Below, in pieces: positions 32,065 through 43,585 of a DNA stretch of 64,000 nt. The position numbers were made by a program, and so were the translations under genes. This DNA is from an uncultured Nitrososphaerales archaeon. Its GTDB lineage: Archaea; Thermoproteota; Nitrososphaeria; Nitrososphaerales; Nitrososphaeraceae. The notes under the pieces were generated by a model. It was not told the origin of the DNA, searched no databases, and saw nothing but the letters and a program-made list of their open reading frames with translations. Within the stretch, counting starts at the first letter, position 1. The number at the start of each line of letters is the position of its first letter. The DNA lies in contig CAWJCY010000006.1 in the NCBI GenBank assembly GCA_963841565.1, positions 288,001 through 352,000 of the forward strand, read 5' to 3'.

Positions 32065-32595
32065 ATGCCTTCGAGAGGATACGAGACTATAGGATTGAAG
32101 CCTGCGATCCTTCAGAGACTGCAGGCAGCTACTGATGAGCACTACCCTGGAATGTTCCTTCCTAGCGCACTGATAATCATGATGAATGAAATAAAACGAG
32201 GCCACTATTCAGTCGAAATGCACAACCTGAAAATAGATTTCTCTGGCAGGTATTCCTCATTGACTCTCAGATCGGATGTGAAGGAATGGTTTGTTGAGAA
32301 TCACAAAAATCTGAAGGAAGAATATAGTCAGAGATATAGAGCGGATAGTTTCACAAAATTCGCTAGTGTGTTTATGATAAATGTCTTCGAATCCAAATCG
32401 ACCTCCAGGGACTACGTGATTAGACTAAAGGAAGCTGATTTCCGATGGTTAGAGGAGGAATATCAAAAAAGGAGGCAGGAATACAAAAGCCAGTTTGGTA
32501 TTTACAATTTTGAGCGATTTGCTGATCTTTTTCTCAAGGATCTTTTTAATAGAGTCAATGCGGCCAAAAGGATTTTGACATATGAGGAAATATAA
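32065..32595 (+). CDS. Hypothetical protein with internal repeats, possibly tandem ribbon-helix-helix
   Basis: 176 aa; two similar units (LTLR..VKEWF.E....KEEY..Y...F.KFA and IRLK..DFRWLEEEY...QEY...F....FERFA). Confidence 0.7.
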   Translation: MPSRGYETIGLKPAILQRLQAATDEHYPGMFLPSALIIMMNEIKRGHYSVEMHNLKIDFSGRYSSLTLRSDVKEWFVENHKNLKEEYSQRYRADSFTKFASVFMINVFESKSTSRDYVIRLKEADFRWLEEEYQKRRQEYKSQFGIYNFERFADLFLKDLFNRVNAAKRILTYEEI

Positions 32596-32958
32596 TTGTC
32601 TTAGATGGATATTTGTAGCACCTGACTGGTAATAATTCTTCAACTATTACAATTCTAGTTCCACTAAACTTAGGGGACAGTTTTGTTATCTTAAAAGCTG
32701 CCTTTCAGTGGGTTTACATACAATTATATAATGAGAATAGCTGCAATTTTTGTAATTAAGTCTTGAGTACTGGTAACTGACTCTGGCTAGGATAACTCCT
32801 ACGATCGAACACAAATGCATCACTATTGATTCAAATGAAAGAAATGTTAACCTCAATACTCCAATAGTTGAGAGCAGACCATAGTTACTCAATAATCATT
32901 TTCTGACCTCACGTTAGAAATGTTTAAGACTAATGAACATTGACAGATAATACAGTCT

Positions 32959-33459
32959 TTGATTCATTTGATCCGAAATAGACCTCAGAGTTCCATCGTT
33001 ATCAAGGAAGAGATTATAAGAATTGTTAACAAAAATAAAAAAGATATCCCTGCTGACTATACACATTTCGTAGCTAAAGTCGAAGAAATTCTTATTCACT
33101 TTCCAGAATATGATCCAGAATGGAGTAATAGAACCGTCTTCAGACTAGTTAAGGTACAAGCATTGAATCCGATATATGATGATGAAGTCTATTTAGAAAA
33201 TATTCCACTCCCAGATGTTAAACATGATTTAGAGCTCGTTTTGAAAATGCTAAATTATATGCGTGAACAGAAGGGTTTTGAGAAGGTAAAAATGCCTCTA
33301 TTCATCCAACCGGACGAATTATATCACGCATATGCACAAGGAAAATTCGGTTATGAGATTAAAAATATTGAGTCTCAGCTGGTAGTAGTTTTTCAGAAGG
33401 GCTTGGTAGATTACGTTGGGTTTGTATTTGACTTCAAATTTGCGATACTTGAAGCTTGA
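32959..33459 (+). CDS. Hypothetical protein
   Basis: 166 aa ORF, TTG start; no family recognised. Confidence 0.65.
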   Translation: MIHLIRNRPQSSIVIKEEIIRIVNKNKKDIPADYTHFVAKVEEILIHFPEYDPEWSNRTVFRLVKVQALNPIYDDEVYLENIPLPDVKHDLELVLKMLNYMREQKGFEKVKMPLFIQPDELYHAYAQGKFGYEIKNIESQLVVVFQKGLVDYVGFVFDFKFAILEA

Positions 33460-33472
33460 TAGATTACCTCAC

Positions 33473-33955
33473 TCATTTCACTAACAGTACAGGGCAGGGA
33501 GAATGACTAGTTATTGCAGAAGTTACGCTTCCGACTAGGAGGCGTTTAAACTTCGATAACCCCCTACTCCCAACAGTTATGAGGTCTACCTGGTTCTTTT
33601 GTGCATACTTTGTTATTATACCTACTATCGACGATCCGTCATTTTCTAATATCTCAGTCTTACTGCTAACTCCGTTCTTCTTTGCATTTTTTAGAATTGG
33701 TTCTATCCATTTGTTGGCTTCCCGAGACTTAGCCTGCAAGAATGCAGATACCATTTTCAGATCACCATATTTTGCACGTAAACCAATGACACCTCCTTGT
33801 TTAATATCCGGCAGCACATGCAAAATTACCAATTCTGCCTTTTCCAGCTTGCAAAGATGTATTGCAAAATTAGCAGCTCGAATTGAAGAGGCTGATCCGT
33901 CAGTTGCTACGAGAATGCGATTAACAGATATGGTATTTGAGTTATTCTCGTCCAT
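33473..33955 (-). CDS. Universal stress protein (UspA family)
   Basis: ILVATDGS, DLITVGSRG, LVGSVT...PCPVLLVK. Confidence 0.95.
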   Translation of the reverse strand: MDENNSNTISVNRILVATDGSASSIRAANFAIHLCKLEKAELVILHVLPDIKQGGVIGLRAKYGDLKMVSAFLQAKSREANKWIEPILKNAKKNGVSSKTEILENDGSSIVGIITKYAQKNQVDLITVGSRGLSKFKRLLVGSVTSAITSHSPCPVLLVK

Positions 33956-34248
33956 TAAGCAACTATTCTCTACCTGAAGTTCTATAAAAATATCATTCTT
34001 GAAAGTGTAGATTACGTATTACTTACGATGATAACACCTATTCCAATTTAACCGTTTATAAAACACTTTCATGCATTTTACTCTGGATTATTGAACAAGA
34101 TCAAAACTTTCGTTTTAGGATATTGATAACTGGACATGAAATAACGATTTGGATTGGAAAATAATGTTGTTTGTTAAAAAATTCGATTATCTGCAAATGA
34201 TGATTAAGGTCATTGACCGTAGTATTAAAACAGGCTACCAGATATGTT

Positions 34249-35685
34249 TCAAATTCTGATCACAGTGTCGATAAGTAACACTACAGTACCAGCTAACACG
34301 GTAAGAACCATAAATGGAAATCCAACCTTGATGAACCGGTTAAAGGTGATTCCATAATGCAGCTTTTCAGCTAGCCCTACCGCTATGATTGCCGCGCTAG
34401 AACCAATTAATGTCCCGTTACCACCAAAGTTTGCACCCAAGGATAATGCCCACCACAATGGACTTATATGAAATGAGTCGAATGTAGAAGCGATAACAGG
34501 ATTATCGTTAAGTGAATCAATTACTGGTATCATTGTAGCAGTAAATGGAATATTATCTATAAACGCGCTTGAGAATGCTGACAACCATACAACTATCAGA
34601 AAAGTAAACCAGGGATCTCCATTTGTTATATTAATTGCGAAATTTGAAAGTAAAGTTATCAAACCAGATTGTTGGGCGAATCCTACAATAATAAATAGAC
34701 CTGTAAAAAATAATAATGTCGTCCAATCAACTTCATGTAGTACTTGTTCTGGAGGAAGTCTAGTTATTATAAGAAGAAACGCTGCTCCACCCAAGGCAAT
34801 AATCGAAGGTTCAAGGTTAAGGATCCCGTGAAAAGCGAAAAGTACAATGACACCTATAAGAACTCCAAGTGATTTCTTTAAAGTCTTGATATCCTTTAGA
34901 TAAGCATACTCATTTTCTTTCATAATTCCATCGCGATCATTTATCCTATATTTTAATTCATTTCTAAACAAATATCTTAGCAAAAGCAGAGATACGCAAA
35001 ATGAAATGGCTACTGTTGGACCCATGTGTATGATAAACGCGTTAAAATCAATATCAGCAGCAGATCCAATCATGATATTAGGAGGGTCGCCTATTAGAGT
35101 AGCAGCCCCCCCTACATTAGATGCGAGTACCATTGCTATTATGAAGGGAATAGGAGATAACTTAATCGATCTAAATACTGAGATAGTTACCGGTACCATC
35201 AAGAGAACAGTGGTTACATTGTCGATGAACATCGATATTGTAGCAGTAATAACACAGAGCAAAATCATTAATTTCCAGAGGTTTCCTTTCGAGGCCTTTA
35301 TTGCTTTAATGCCTACGAATTGGAAAATACCAGTATTTGACATGATAGCTACAATCACCATCATTCCCAATAGAAGTCCGATAGTGTTAAAATCGATATA
35401 ACCCAAGATTTGATCAAAGCCATCGATCGTTTGGAAATTCCCGGCAGTGATCGCAATTGCAATAGTGACCACTGCCCCAAAAAGAGCAATAGTAGTTCTG
35501 TGAACCATTTCAAATGAGAGAACTACATATACACACAGCAATACCAGAGCAATCAGTCTTAATTGTAAAGATATTTGAAGTCCTATAAGATCAGGTACAA
35601 GCAATAATAGAAAGGAAAATAGAAGTATGACACAAATTCCAACTTCGTATTTAGTGTTTTTGTTGGTCAAGTATTTGATACACAC
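34249..35685 (-). CDS. ArsB/NhaD (ion transporter superfamily) permease
   Basis: DNVTT, SNVGGAATLIGDPPN, DNIP, GGNGTLIGSSA motifs. Confidence 0.92.
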   Translation of the reverse strand: MCIKYLTNKNTKYEVGICVILLFSFLLLLVPDLIGLQISLQLRLIALVLLCVYVVLSFEMVHRTTIALFGAVVTIAIAITAGNFQTIDGFDQILGYIDFNTIGLLLGMMVIVAIMSNTGIFQFVGIKAIKASKGNLWKLMILLCVITATISMFIDNVTTVLLMVPVTISVFRSIKLSPIPFIIAMVLASNVGGAATLIGDPPNIMIGSAADIDFNAFIIHMGPTVAISFCVSLLLLRYLFRNELKYRINDRDGIMKENEYAYLKDIKTLKKSLGVLIGVIVLFAFHGILNLEPSIIALGGAAFLLIITRLPPEQVLHEVDWTTLLFFTGLFIIVGFAQQSGLITLLSNFAINITNGDPWFTFLIVVWLSAFSSAFIDNIPFTATMIPVIDSLNDNPVIASTFDSFHISPLWWALSLGANFGGNGTLIGSSAAIIAVGLAEKLHYGITFNRFIKVGFPFMVLTVLAGTVVLLIDTVIRI

Positions 35686-36192
35686 AAGAGGACACTAAGA
35701 TATATTTGCAAAGCGTATATCCAATACACGATACGTTTTGAAAGGACGGATTCACAGAGCATAATCATTAATCCAATGAGTTCATCTCTCGTAGTATAAA
35801 TATGCTACGTTGTAATTTGTATAATGCATATTTGGCTGAATACCGCCGACTATATTTAGTCGTAGATTACTAATGTATGTACTTCCTTAATTGGCGGTAA
35901 TAGACCTATATCATAGTTTTTTATTTGGGTCGATTCTAATAATATTCAAGGTTTTTGGATCTCACATTATACTCTGTTTTTCAGATAAGTAGTAATAAAC
36001 TGTGATTAATAGTGTCTTAAACAGCTGATCTTTTAAAATTAATGTTTAACTAGAATATTTAAGGTTCTATTGCCAATGTGACTGCTGCGCTTAGGATTAG
36101 AATAGTTTATGCATGAGAAATAGCCAGCTGTGTCATTCTATGCGTAAATGGAGTTTTCGAGTATAACTTATTCATATAAACCCTAATATCAT

Positions 36193-37104
36193 TTGGATCC
36201 CAAATGCCTATGGAAATTGGATATTGAAATTAAGATACTCAGCCTCCTGCAATCTGTCCCTTTGGATAAATATTCAATCTATAAAATGATACCTACTGAA
36301 TCTAAATTTACGATCTCTAAGGCGATCAATAACCTTCAACAACGAGGACAAATTCATGTTGTGAAGTACAGAAAGGATAATAGAATAGGAATTTCTATCC
36401 CTTTGTACTCAGTATACACTCGTTCTGAAAAGAACAGTGAGTTACATCCTAGAGACGTGCTTGCAGGTATGACCCCTGATAGATACGCAGAGTACGAATT
36501 TGTGTTAAGAAATCTGATTTCCCTAGACATCAAGGCGAAAATATTAGATGTAGGTTCCTCAACCTCAGCATTCTCTAGTAAGATCTCAAATTTCAGTCGA
36601 AATGGATGTGAAATCATTGGTATTGACATAATCAATGAAGTATGTAGCCTTGGTTTCCCGTTAATGTTGATGGACGCAATGAATATCGGTTTTAAGGATA
36701 AGACATTTGATCAGGTGATATGTCTCAGCGCTATGGAACATATCGGGTTTGATCATCATGATAGAGTAGACGCCAAACTCAAAGGCCTTAATTGTAGAAT
36801 AAATGGCGATGCACTTGCAATGAAAGAAATTTGGCGAGTACTAAAAGATAAAGGGACTTTAATCCTTACAGTTCCCTACGGTAGATTAATTATCAAACAG
36901 CAAGATTATAGAGTCTATCATCAAGAATCACTTTCAATTTTGACCAATATGTTCTTCGTTGTAAAGAGAGAGTTTTTTGGCTTGAAAAAAGGTAAATGGA
37001 CTACGTGTAATGAACTAGAAGCAAACAATTCAACATTGTTAGAGTATTCAAGTCAGAAGTTTCACAGCGACATAATTGCATGTTTGCTTTTGAAGAAAAC
37101 GTAA
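36193..37104 (+). CDS. Class I SAM-dependent methyltransferase with N-terminal winged-helix-like region
   Basis: ILDVGS, FDQVICLSAMEHIG, RVLKDKGTLILTVPYG. Confidence 0.85.
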   Translation: MDPKCLWKLDIEIKILSLLQSVPLDKYSIYKMIPTESKFTISKAINNLQQRGQIHVVKYRKDNRIGISIPLYSVYTRSEKNSELHPRDVLAGMTPDRYAEYEFVLRNLISLDIKAKILDVGSSTSAFSSKISNFSRNGCEIIGIDIINEVCSLGFPLMLMDAMNIGFKDKTFDQVICLSAMEHIGFDHHDRVDAKLKGLNCRINGDALAMKEIWRVLKDKGTLILTVPYGRLIIKQQDYRVYHQESLSILTNMFFVVKREFFGLKKGKWTTCNELEANNSTLLEYSSQKFHSDIIACLLLKKT

Positions 37105-37321
37105 GAGGAGGTTGGCTTACTATTTAACTGAGGATACTGCTTAAATCGCGTAATATTGAAAGAAGCGAAAGGGAGTATACTTGGGATCTTAAATTTGCTC
37201 ATTGTAGAGTTTTGTCAAGTACTATTCACCGTGCTATATAGCATTAAAAATATCCCTTGGCAATCATAAAGATGAATATGTCAAATCTAATAATACACAA
37301 ATATTCACAATTTACTTCGTC

Positions 37322-38641
37322 ATGTTCGACAATATGGAATCTATAGGATTCTTAACTCATCGACGACGTTCAATACTAACAGTAATTGGGGTATTTGGAA
37401 TCCTTGCACAATTGGCACTATTTGGTGCATACGAGAATGTAGTAGCGACTTCTAACAATGATGATGATCGAAAATTAGATATCCAATGCGAGACCGGTAA
37501 CGAAGATGTATGTCTAATAGCTGCATGCATGGGCCATCCTTGTGTCTGGTATCAAAATAGTAGCGGTGGCGTAGAAAGAAACTTTGATGTCGCTATTACT
37601 GAATATACTCCACCCAGTCGGGATACTTTGGATGAAGACGTTACATCGAATGTAATGCAGGTAGATGATGGGTGTGTGGAATCAACTTCTAATATCCAGT
37701 TGTTTAGCACTAGCAGAATGGACGATGCTAGGAGTGTTAGCAATGACGATGATGATGATGATGATGATGATGACGGTAATAATGATGACAATAGCAATGA
37801 CAGCGTCTTTGCGAAATTATTGGATAACGACTATGATACAAAATGGGAGGAAGAAGGATTCGGATCTTTCATACAAGCTGATTTAGGTTCAGTAGAACCA
37901 GTCTGCAATGTAGGGATCGCTTGGGACAAAGGGGATGACAGATCATACAACTTTGTAATATCTACTTCTGATGACGGAACCACCTTTACTGATGCTCTAA
38001 GAGGGACGAGCAGCGGATCTACCGAAGCATTAGAGACATACGAACTGACCGATGTAGATAGCAGATTTATCAGAGTTACAGTTTTTGGTAATAACGATGG
38101 CAACAATGATGAACACGATACAGCTGCAATAAATGAAATTAGAGTAGGAACTTCCATCTCGGCTGGTTCTCAATCTAATAACAACTCATCGAATGGACAA
38201 TCAGAGCTGTCAGATGAGTCACCGAATGCCAACAATACTGCTTCCTCGTCGACTAACTCAACTGAGATTACACCTGACGATTACATTTCTGAAGTAACTG
38301 ATTTGATGGTTACCGATGGATATAAAGATCGGGTACAAAAGCAATTTGCGGACACCAATCTTCCACCATCAGTCGATGACTTGAACATTAGAGCAGCCTC
38401 TGTGTCTTCTTTAGAGATTGAGCTGAAAGGTTCAGACCTCAGCAGTCCTGACAAATTGGATTACTCGGTCATAGACCTTCCAACGCATGGTATCCTAAAA
38501 GCCGGGACTGATCAAGGTCGTGTTCTATACTATCCAAATCCCGGCTATGTAGGTTCAGATAGTTTCACATACAGAGCAATCGACGACCAGGGCCTAGAAA
38601 GCGTTCTAGGAACAGTAGATATTGCTATCGAAGATCCCTAA
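37322..38641 (+). CDS. Secreted or surface protein with discoidin (F5/8 type C) and C-terminal Ig/cadherin-like domains
   Basis: N-terminal TM/signal; LDNDYDTKW, IQADLG, SRFIRVT; PTHG...YYPNPGYVGSDSFTYRA. Confidence 0.85.
   Translation: MFDNMESIGFLTHRRRSILTVIGVFGILAQLALFGAYENVVATSNNDDDRKLDIQCETGNEDVCLIAACMGHPCVWYQNSSGGVERNFDVAITEYTPPSRDTLDEDVTSNVMQVDDGCVESTSNIQLFSTSRMDDARSVSNDDDDDDDDDDGNNDDNSNDSVFAKLLDNDYDTKWEEEGFGSFIQADLGSVEPVCNVGIAWDKGDDRSYNFVISTSDDGTTFTDALRGTSSGSTEALETYELTDVDSRFIRVTVFGNNDGNNDEHDTAAINEIRVGTSISAGSQSNNNSSNGQSELSDESPNANNTASSSTNSTEITPDDYISEVTDLMVTDGYKDRVQKQFADTNLPPSVDDLNIRAASVSSLEIELKGSDLSSPDKLDYSVIDLPTHGILKAGTDQGRVLYYPNPGYVGSDSFTYRAIDDQGLESVLGTVDIAIEDP
37745..37774 (+). repeat. 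(GAT)8 microsatellite within a poly-Asp(10) tract
   Basis: gac (gat)8 gac read directly. Confidence 0.9.
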
Positions 38642-38972
38642 ACAGACAGAGGAATTGTGATAGCGCCGCCTATTTGTTTTTGAAAAGCAGTTCTCAAAGG
38701 ATACCTGTATACCTGATGTGGGGACGTCCTATTTTTTATCAATTACATGTTCGATTTCCATAGAATGTTCAATATTTACACAGCAGAAAATATGCAGGCG
38801 AATTGGCTAAAACACAATATCATTGGTGACTTTTAAGAATGCCTAATACGTCCTCAATTCGTGATACTATTTTTTTCTAGGTTCTCTGGAGAAGGGTGTT
38901 ATCTTTTTTATTAATATATCTAGAGTAGTAGGTCGCACGCTGACAAGTAAATCATCGTTCTTCTAGTATTGC

Positions 38973-39380
38973 TTAATCTTTAGGGTTACCTATAATTAAT
39001 TTATTATCTCTCAATGTTATAACCAAAACTTTATTCTTAATTAATTTGCTTTTAAGTTCCCTATCAATTGTTGCTACAGCGCAATTATGACTACATGAAT
39101 ATTTTACGATAGCCTCGTCGGCGTATTTTGATGGGGGAAGACTAATCAAATTGAATTTAGACCCTATCAAAGATAGAGCCGCCGTAGCCATCCTTGATCG
39201 CTTTGGACCAGAATGACGTTCTAGCTGTCTTAGTTCGTCCGCTACTTTATTAGGAACAGTGAAATGTAGACTACCTAGAGATGATTCAATACTTTCAATA
39301 TTTCGCAACGGGTTCGAACCGAGAACCATCATAAAGCTGGTATCACATATTACCTCCATCATCCTGAGGAAGTCTATCAC
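38973..39380 (-). CDS. PIN-domain protein (Fcf1-like)
   Basis: VICDTSF, V..EL, ADEAI, VATIDREL. Confidence 0.88.
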   Translation of the reverse strand: MIDFLRMMEVICDTSFMMVLGSNPLRNIESIESSLGSLHFTVPNKVADELRQLERHSGPKRSRMATAALSLIGSKFNLISLPPSKYADEAIVKYSCSHNCAVATIDRELKSKLIKNKVLVITLRDNKLIIGNPKD

Positions 39381-39656
39381 TGAGTATTAAATCAACTGTC
39401 CATTAGTCAACTTAACCAATCTATCTTGCCTTAGCATGAAAGAACAGAACTGTGAAAACTAGACTAATCGATCAAGCAGTGTGTTACTCCGATAGAGAAT
39501 TATCACCTAGAATAGTATTTATTATGTCACGACGAGAGTTTTATTTCTCTTTTGATGCGAGGAAGGAATCAAAATATATCTCTGCATTGGAAAAAGGAGA
39601 TAAAATGAAGAGTTAATGCGACTCTTGTTAATCTACATTACATTCCAATTAATGGA

Positions 39657-40208
39657 CTACGTATATGAATTGGTTCCAATATTCCTTTTTTCGAATGTAG
39701 AGTTAAAAATCTGATCATGTTGTAGCACGGCTATTCCTGTTACGTTGCCTAAAATTTCAATTAGTACTATCCAGTTTGGGGCGTCTAGATCCACCGGATT
39801 GTCTATTTCCTTAGCAATAGTGCGTATGAGCTCTAAAGACCTTAGGAAAGAATTGTGCCTTTTTTCAACCGACAATTTAAAGGATTCAGAAGAGGATATT
39901 TTCCTTTTGGACAACTCAATGGCCGCCATTGCTATTTCAGAGGAATTAGAATTTGTAACGGATTCGATTGGAATAACCCTCAAAACATACCTAAATCGCC
40001 AGTCTTCGGAATGTACTATAACTTTGAATTTTTCGATTACATGAAAAGGATCCAAGTTAGTGTTACCCGTTATTAATCCTGAAATATTTGTAACCTCAAA
40101 AAAGGCATCAGAGTCTCCAATATCATCAAGGAGATCCAGCATCTCGTCTATAGCATCAAACTCTCTGTATCGATAGGTTGTCGCTATGAGATTGAATTTA
40201 TTTAACAT
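39657..40208 (-). CDS. THUMP-domain RNA-binding protein
   Basis: SFKLSVEKR and VDLDAPNWIVLIEILG. Confidence 0.88.
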   Translation of the reverse strand: MLNKFNLIATTYRYREFDAIDEMLDLLDDIGDSDAFFEVTNISGLITGNTNLDPFHVIEKFKVIVHSEDWRFRYVLRVIPIESVTNSNSSEIAMAAIELSKRKISSSESFKLSVEKRHNSFLRSLELIRTIAKEIDNPVDLDAPNWIVLIEILGNVTGIAVLQHDQIFNSTFEKRNIGTNSYT

Positions 40209-40299
40209 AGTTCATCATCAAAATTAAGTTTTCCGCAAGCCTATGCGTGAGCTCTATTATTGCTATTCATTCTCCTTATGCTTTCCACTCTTCATATTC

Positions 40300-41496
40300 T
40301 TAATGTAAGTCAAGTACCTCTAGTCCGGGCATCGAGTCACCTGCTAGAAATCGAAGAGTCGCACCGCCACCTGTGGATACATGACTCACTTCTCCTTCCG
40401 AAACACCCGATGTCTTCATGGCCTGAAGGGTATCTCCCCCACCAACTAATGTCTTTGAACCACGCCAATATGCAAGGGCAATGCTTTTTGCAATATTTAT
40501 TGTTCCGTTTGCGAACATGGGGATTTCAAAGGAACCCATAGGGCCATTCCAAAATATAGTACCAGATCTGCTTCCCCCTATCTCTGAAGAATATTTTTGA
40601 GCGGTTTGAATCCCGATATCAAACCCCGCTGAACCTTCCGGAATATCTCCTTCCACCACTACTGCGGAAGAACTTTCGTTCGCTGAAGAAGACACTATGT
40701 GATCAATAGGGAGCATTATTTTTTCGCGGTAGGAGGATAGAGCCTCAGTTGCCCATGCCAAATGATCATTATCTATAAGTGAATTTCCGGTTTTTGATCC
40801 ATTTGCAAGCAGAAACGTATAAGCAGTTGCTCCTCCGAGTAGCAGCTTATCAGCTTTTGGTAACAAGTTCTCCAGTGCGCCAATTTTGTCCTTTATCTTG
40901 ACTCCACCGACAACAAGGATCAGCGGTTTAATCGGATTATCTCTTATCATAGACAAATATTCAACCTCCCTCTTCAGATTCAATCCAGCTGCTCTCTTAT
41001 CAAAAAGCGAAGCGGCGCCGTAAGTCGAAGCATGCTTTCTATGAGAAGTACTGAACGCATCATTAACATAAAAATCCCCCAATGAAGCAAGATGATTAGA
41101 AAATTCCTGGTCATTGAGTTCCTCTGCTTGATGAAAGCGAAGATTCTCTAACAAGAGAACGTCTCCTTTATCCATAGCTTCAATTGCCTTCTCGACTGCA
41201 CTCCCAACACAGTCACTGGCGAATTTGACTCTATTAATTGGAAGTATTTCTGAAAGCCTTTGAGTAACAGGTCTCAGAGAGTATTTTTTCTCCGAACTCC
41301 TAGGGCGGCCCAGATGAGACATCAAAATCAATTTAGCTCCTCGCTTAGTTAGATATTCAATAGTTGGGATAGCCATTCTGATACGATAATCCTCACCAAC
41401 AACGCCGTCATCTATACTGACGTTGAAGTCGACTCTCATCAACACCTTTTTTCCATAGTAATTCGAGTCATCGAAATCTAAAATACTTCTCATCAT
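40300..41496 (-). CDS. pgk: Phosphoglycerate kinase
   Basis: RVDFNV, SHLGRP, LLENLRF, WNGPMG, GGGDT, HVSTGGGA. Confidence 0.97.
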   Translation of the reverse strand: MMRSILDFDDSNYYGKKVLMRVDFNVSIDDGVVGEDYRIRMAIPTIEYLTKRGAKLILMSHLGRPRSSEKKYSLRPVTQRLSEILPINRVKFASDCVGSAVEKAIEAMDKGDVLLLENLRFHQAEELNDQEFSNHLASLGDFYVNDAFSTSHRKHASTYGAASLFDKRAAGLNLKREVEYLSMIRDNPIKPLILVVGGVKIKDKIGALENLLPKADKLLLGGATAYTFLLANGSKTGNSLIDNDHLAWATEALSSYREKIMLPIDHIVSSSANESSSAVVVEGDIPEGSAGFDIGIQTAQKYSSEIGGSRSGTIFWNGPMGSFEIPMFANGTINIAKSIALAYWRGSKTLVGGGDTLQAMKTSGVSEGEVSHVSTGGGATLRFLAGDSMPGLEVLDLH

Positions 41497-41607
41497 TTTT
41501 GGTATGTAAATATGGAGTTCGGATTATAAGCCTTGTCACGAGTTTCGAACTGGTTGCTAATAGTTATACTACATGCATATTTCCCTAGAAAATTAGTTAC
41601 ATAGAAA

Positions 41608-42464
41608 TTAAATTGAACTTGGGGATGGATATTTCCTAATAACACTATTTGGTAGTGATTTATCGGAAGGGCATTTTCGATCCATTGATACAACACGTAT
41701 AGTCCTATCGCAAAGGAATTCGGCGGGAAATAGGGCAACTAGATAAACGTTGCCATAAACACGAGTATTTCCGTAGATTGGCCGCAATGATCGGAAGAAT
41801 CCGAAACTTCTCCACTTCGTCGCCTCAAGATAAGATTCCAGCTCAGCTTCTGTATCTAACACAAGCTCATGTTTATCAATCGTATTCGAGATTGTCTGAT
41901 TGACGTGACCACATGAAGGTGACGAAGCGTCATATTTGTCAAGTGTACAAGGTACATCTTCTACTAAGGTATCATCGTAGTTGATATGAATGATATTAGT
42001 CCTCGTGCATCCAGTATTGCCTGCCTCGCACATGCCTAATGTTAAACAATATTCATGATTGGCAATAACGTCACCTAACCCATTCAATATTCGAGGATCA
42101 GGTACTTCTAATTCTATAACCTTCAAATTCGGAACATGTGACCAAAATTTTGTATTCAGTCTTTCAGCGGTTCAATAAGACCCTTTTCCTGCAGATGTTT
42201 ATTGAAATTTGCTGTGTCGACAGGATCGTAACGATGAAGACATGGCACTTGTAAGAAATTAGATGTAGAGCCTTCGAGTTGCGATGAGAAGGTAAAGATT
42301 ATAGCGTTTATCGTAGTACAGTAACGACAAATATATCCACCAATTCCAAATATCATTTCTTTTGAAAAGGAAAAGCCCTGCACGGAGAAGGATTGTTGCT
42401 TGGAGCGCTGAACAGAAAGCTGAGTTCTATTAGGTCCAAACGCAATTTCGGCAATAAAAAACAA
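41608..42464 (-). pseudogene. Probable single disrupted hypothetical gene (ORFs 42156-42464 and 41608-42126)
   Basis: The 29-bp gap reads LKD*IQNF..SHVPNLKVIEL with a stop plus a shift; CxxC in the first part; family not recognised. Confidence 0.4.
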
Positions 42465-42603
42465 TAATTGTCAGAGTAAAATTTACTTTTTAAACTGCCA
42501 ATCTTTCTCGCGTATGTCTACCGCAATCAAAGATGATTTTTTTTCGAGTCATTTAGTTTATGAAAGATAATAGTGATATATTTGAACAACATTCTGAATC
42601 CTA

Positions 42604-42822
42604 TTGAGTAGGAGAAAGGGAAGACTACGAGAAATATTTAGTAAAGCGATATATGCAGATGATCCTCAACTATATATTGTTAGTTATCGGGACTTCGATT
42701 CAATCATGGATCTCCCTCTTTTAGAATTTGTCAGAGTATCCGAAAATTTTGACCTAATTCCCTTGAGCAGAATATCCAGCATAAGGCGAGAAAACAAAGT
42801 CTTATATCAAAAGAGTTGTTAG
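42604..42822 (+). CDS. DUF504/MJ1316-like small protein
   Basis: YIVSYRD...IPLSRISSIRRENKVLY pattern. Confidence 0.75.
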   Translation: MSRRKGRLREIFSKAIYADDPQLYIVSYRDFDSIMDLPLLEFVRVSENFDLIPLSRISSIRRENKVLYQKSC

Positions 42823-43208
42823 TTCTCTCTCACTACAATGTTTCCTCTCATAGTGGCGGGATGGAGAGAGCAGTAATATTCAAATTCACCCGCTTTTTCT
42901 GAAGCAATTGCCGTAACAAAATCCTGTTCGGGTGATAGAATGGCTGTGTTGATATTCAATTCATCTACAATAAAATCATGCCTTACCAAATCTTTGTTCA
43001 CGATAGTCAGCTTGTTTGGCTCGTCGATCTTGGCATATATAGTAGGGTTAGTTTCGTTGAACAGGTTATCCTTGGCTACAAGCAATATACCTTCTCTTCT
43101 GTCAAGAGATGAGGGTTGCGGTGAATTCACCAGATTTCCAATACCCCATAAACCTCCAACAGTAATGAATGAGATAGCAATAATAGCAATAATGTTATTG
43201 CGGATCAT
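42819..43208 (-). CDS. Membrane-anchored cupredoxin (blue copper protein)
   Basis: N-terminal TM helix; NKD...HD and YYCSLHPATMRG type-1 copper ligands. Confidence 0.92.
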   Translation of the reverse strand: MIRNNIIAIIAISFITVGGLWGIGNLVNSPQPSSLDRREGILLVAKDNLFNETNPTIYAKIDEPNKLTIVNKDLVRHDFIVDELNINTAILSPEQDFVTAIASEKAGEFEYYCSLHPATMRGNIVVREN

Positions 43209-43585
43209 TTTTTATTGATGACACCATATTTCAATTATATAGAGATCGACATACGTAGAGTGCTCTATTCTGCAAATAAGATTTGCATCCCTTTATGAAA
43301 GTAGGAGGAGTGACTCATCTTAGTTCGAAATATGAATATCTATTCTGTATTATATGTCTTCATTTCATGTTTAGCTTGTCCTATCCTTTGTCCAGGTAAG
43401 CTAAGTACACTTGAAATGGCTGAAGGTCTATCGTTTCAGCAAAAAAATAACACCTCTACTTGTTCTCAAACTAGTTCTCTGATATCTGTCATTAGAAATT
43501 CCTATACATTCCAATGAAGCGCGTCGTACTATGATTCTTGCAAACTAAGTCCATATGTCAACAATTGGTTAATTTTTTTGTGAGA

